Part shown: piece by piece, positions 59,965-64,000 of the stretch
How positions within the stretch are numbered: position 1 is the stretch's first letter
How the letters are laid out: the number at the start of each line of letters is the position of its first letter
From: Somniosus microcephalus
Lineage: Eukaryota
Assembly: GCA_052327205.1 (NCBI GenBank)
Contig: CM126203.1
Span: 226,858,001 to 226,922,000, forward strand
DNA: 64,000 nt
Direction of reading: 5' to 3'
The notes under the pieces: model-generated
What the model saw: only the letters and a program-made list of their open reading frames with translations
Told to the model about the DNA's origin: nothing
Database searches by the model: none
Made by a program: the position numbers and the translations under genes

Positions 59965-60412
59965 CTTGTACCAAGTCCCGCTCACCTGTCACTCTTGCCC
60001 TTAGTGGTCTACATTAGTGCCTGATACCCCAATGTCTCCAATTTAAAATTATCATCCTCGTGTTTAAATCTCTTTGGCCTCAGACCTCCCTATCTCTGTA
60101 AACTCCTCCAGCCCTACAAACCCCCCCCCCCCCCCCCAAACTCTCCATTACTTGCTTTTTGGGCCTCCACCTCTCCTGTTGGCCCACCATTGGCAGCCAT
60201 ACCTTCAGCCGCATAGACTATACACTATGGAATTCTCTCCCTAAACCTCTCTTTTAGGACCTGCCTTAAAACCTACCTCTTTGAACAAGCTTTAGGTCGC
60301 CCCTCCCAATAGCTCCTTCTTTGGCTCAGTGTCCATTTTTGTCTGATTATGCTTTTATGAAGTGCCTTGGGACATTTTACTACCTTAAAGGCGCTATATA
60401 AATGCAAGTTGT
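59965..60412 (+). mobile_element. L2 3' fragment
   Basis: Similar to 31925-32396; tail GGCGCTATATAAATGCAAGTTG. Confidence 0.8.
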
Positions 60413-61419
60413 CACCTTTCCTTACCTAATAGAGATGAACATTTGTATTAATACTGATTTTAGCTTAATGACTTGGTATCTTTTTGTGGGTTATCTGTCT
60501 GACTGCAAGCACTGAACTGAGCATGTGAGACTATATGACCTTGAGGGTCCATTTAACTGTGAAGAATTTCAACCATAATAACAACAGAATTTCAGCCAAT
60601 CAGCTTAACACTACCTTTTTCTCAAACCTCCCCTTTATCCAGATTTGAACCTTTTTCCTTTCTACTTGCTGGCTCCCAAAGAAGTTCTTTGTTTTCAGTA
60701 ACTGACCAATTGTGCCAAACAGCAATACAGCAACAGGTAGGAAAGTTGAAAAAATTCCCATTTAAAAAAAAAAAAAGTCCTCCTGAGTGTCAAGCAGAAC
60801 CAGCTCAATGGATTTAGTGAGGGAGGAGCAGAGGATTCGACGACAGATTGCTGGACCACAAAAATATGAGTGTTGGCTGCTGTCGAACACCTGAGATCAG
60901 ATCATTTATATATTAATATAAGTATGGTCAGTGATGGGACTACCACATATTTGTTGTCTGACACTTTATCTAAGTAAACATGTCTTATTTTGCCTATTCT
61001 CGCATACATCCTGCACCATATGCCAGTTGAAAAAGCGATCTATGAACAAAATATGTAGTGTCTCGGAGTGATGCACTTGGCTTCCACACACGCCCGTGTA
61101 AACTCTGGAAATGTTTCTTTGAGTTGGGAAGTGTGGGGGAGCCAGTCCACTAACAAATCTCCTTGGATTGGTGCCACTTGATCTGGAGACTGCATTCCAA
61201 TTAGCCCACAATGGCTCAGTGTTCCTAAATGTAAATCAGGCTTCTGTCACTTTCCAGTCTGAGGCATGTACAAAGCATATCAACAAAAGAGGGACAACTG
61301 TACTATGAAAGAAAGGTGGAGGAGGTAAAAAACAGAAGCTTCTTTTGTCTTCCCCACCCGGCAGTTGTGTACATATGTCTTCTAGAATTTAAAGCTGAAG
61401 ACTCAGAAAATTTAGATGC

Positions 61420-61636
61420 AAACAGAAAATGCTGAAAATACTCAGCAAATCAGGCAGCATCTGTAGAGAGAGAAACAGAGTTAACGTTTCAGGTCAATGA
61501 CCCTTCGTCAAGTCATTGACCTGAGACGTTAACTCTCTTTCTCTCTCCACAGATGCTGCCTGACCTGCTGAGTATTTCCAGCATTTTCTGTTTTCAATTC
61601 AGATTTCCAGCATCTGCAGTATTTTGCTTTTGTATC
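61420..61636. mobile_element. Penelope-like element terminal remnant forming an ~82-bp inverted repeat
   Basis: Arms 61420-61501 and 61512-61593 are near-perfect reverse complements; hammerhead-like TGACGA..GAAAC motif. Confidence 0.7.
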
Positions 61637-62804
61637 AGAAAATTTATATCTTGCATTACGTAGTATTTGCAACCTGTAATATTTACTTTTTGAAATGATT
61701 ACAATGCTGGATGCTGCTATCCTATAATTTATAATCTTCATGATTTTGAGAAACCTGCTAAAAATTTACAGTGCAAAATGAAAGAAATTGGTTATCTGGC
61801 CTGGGATCTGCTTTTGTTGCAGCTTTCATGTTTTTTGATGATGGTGAATGTCAGGCTATTTGAACATGGAGGGCACCACAGCTGTGGCCAACCCTTTCTT
61901 CACTTCAAAGTCTATGCGTGAAGCCCATTGGCGAACTTGCCAGCAGAGATCATTGGGTAGTGCTCAGGAGCGGGATCCCTGTGGCAGTTCAGCTGAACAG
62001 CGGGAGTCTGTTATTACACCCACTTTCGAGTGCAGTATGGTATTGAGATTTAGCGCTGCTGTTGTTTTTCTTCTGTGGTCTCCAATGATGTTGAACAGAC
62101 AGGATGGTTGATTTGCATGTATGTTCAAGTTAATAGAGAAAAGTAAACACTACAGCAAGAACCCAACAGCTGTGAACAAGCACTAAAGTGTTTAAGCTTC
62201 AGACAAATATTGAGGACTACAAACTTTGAAACATAACAAAGATAAAATTGTAACATTTTTCATGCCCATCTTTAGTTTTGAGGGACTGACAGAAGTAAAT
62301 TGTTAAGTGGCAGCAACAAGCTTAAATCAGAGTTTAATGAGAGCTTTGAATCATCATCTTCAGATCAAACTTAAAAATGATTAAAGGAACTTTTGTTGAC
62401 ATCCAGGCGATCACAAAGATTGAGTCCAGATGAGGAGGCCATTGGCCCGTCTAGTTCTTTCTTCCAAAGCAACTTCTGGCCCCTGTCATAACCTGTTGAA
62501 TCATTCCAGTGTTTGCACAGATCATTCCAGATATACAGTAAATCACTTCTTTTGTGTTACAAATGCTTCCTGGTGTCAGTCCTGAACTGGCCATTTACCA
62601 GTTTGTCCCTTTGCTTCCTCATCCTTCAGTTGTGGTTTGACTTGAAATCGTGCTTTGGATTTTCCTTTACTATTCCACTTAGTATCTTATATAAAGTTCC
62701 TTCTCATCTATTGCACTTACAATTAGAGTATATCTTTATAAAGCCAGCCATTTCTGGTGACTGATTTGGTTGAACTAATGCAATTTATTACAGTTAACGG
62801 TTAC

Positions 62805-63938
62805 ATGTTTGATAAAGTGCCAATAAAGTTGAAGCCCATGAAATAAAAAGGACAGTGGCAACATGGATACGAAATTGGCTAAGTGACAGGAAACAGAGAG
62901 TAGTGGTGTATGGTTGTTTATCGGACTGGAGGATGGTACACAGTGGTGTTCTCCAGGGGTCAGTACTAGGACCACTGCTTTTTTTGATATATATTAATGA
63001 TGTGGACTTGGGTGTACAGGACACAATTTCAAAATTTGCAGATGACACAAAACTTGGAAGCATAGTGAATAGTGAGCAGGATAGTGATAGACTTCAGGAG
63101 GTCACAGACAGGCTGGTGGCATGAGCGGACACGTGACAGATGAAATTTAATGCAGAAAAGTGCGAAGTGATACATTTTGGTAGAAAGAATGAGGAGAGAG
63201 AATATAAACTGAAGGGTACAATTCTAAAGGGGGCGCATGAACAGAGAGACCTGAGTGTATATGTGCACAAATCGTTGAAGGTGGCAGGGCAGGTTGAGAA
63301 AGTGGTTATAAAAAGCATACAGGATCCTAAATAGAGGCAGAGTACAAAAGCAAGGAAGTTATGATGAATCTTTATAAAACACTGGTTCGGCCTCAACTGG
63401 AGTATTGTGTCCAATTCTGGACATCGCACTTTAGGAAGGATGTGAAGGCCTTAGAGTGGGTGCAGAAAAGATTTACAAGAATGGTTTCAGGGATGAGGGA
63501 CTTCAGTTACATGGATAGACTGGAGAAGCTGGGGTTGTTCTCCTTAGAGCAGCGAAGGCTGAGAGGAGATTTGATCGAGGTGTTCAAATCACGAGGGGGT
63601 CTAGACAGAGTAGATAGAGAGAAACTGTTCCCATTGGCAGAAGGGTTGAGAACCAGAGGACACAGATTTAAGGTGAGGCAGAAGAACCAAAGGTGACATG
63701 AGGAAAAACTTTTTTACGAAGCGAGTGGTTGGGATCTGGAATTCACTGCCTGAAAGGGTGGTGGAGGCAGATTCAATCACGGCTTTCAAAAGGGAATTGG
63801 ATAAGTACCTGAAGGGAAAAAATTTGCAGGGCTACGGGGAAAGTGTGGGGGAGTGGGACTGGCTGAAGTGCTCTTGCAGAGAGCTGGGATGGGCCGAATG
63901 GCCTCCTTCTGTGCTGTAACCATTCTATGATTCTATGA
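62805..63938 (+). mobile_element. CR1 3' fragment (RT C-terminal half and tail)
   Basis: [25 protein letters not shown]; FNAEKCEVIHFG; RPQLEYCVQFW; tail TTCTATGATTCTATGA. Confidence 0.92.
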
Positions 63939-64000
63939 GTTAGATCATGGATATCATCTTTCTATTCCATTATTCCATTGCAGTTTAATTTCCATTATCT

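Overview
Eukaryotic, repeat-dominated, probably intronic or intergenic DNA. The repeat repertoire (CR1 and L2 LINEs, DeuSINE-like SINEs, Penelope-type hairpin, Harbinger-type MITEs) suggests a cartilaginous fish (inference). No host protein-coding exon could be identified with confidence, and all long ORFs are transposon-derived or artefacts of a tandem repeat. Main contents: (1) a full-length, slightly decayed Gypsy LTR element (2197-6556, minus) inserted in a LINE; (2) a second decayed Gypsy (11465-23901, plus) whose integrase is interrupted by a very young BEL/Pao element (15762-23079, minus; apparently identical LTRs, one frameshift); (3) a ~1.5 kb G-rich 30-bp minisatellite; (4) a five-level nested TE stack at 40.1-46.3 kb; (5) an internally deleted hAT transposon with a perfect 8-bp TSD; (6) many Harbinger-like and Tigger-like MITEs, solo LTRs and LINE/SINE fragments. 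The most interesting signal is that two unrelated LTR elements (Gypsy-1 and the BEL) lack a tRNA-type primer-binding site and instead have a PBS-position sequence complementary to their own LTR. This suggests tRNA-independent self-priming and/or poly(A)-signal occlusion. All comparisons were made by eye.
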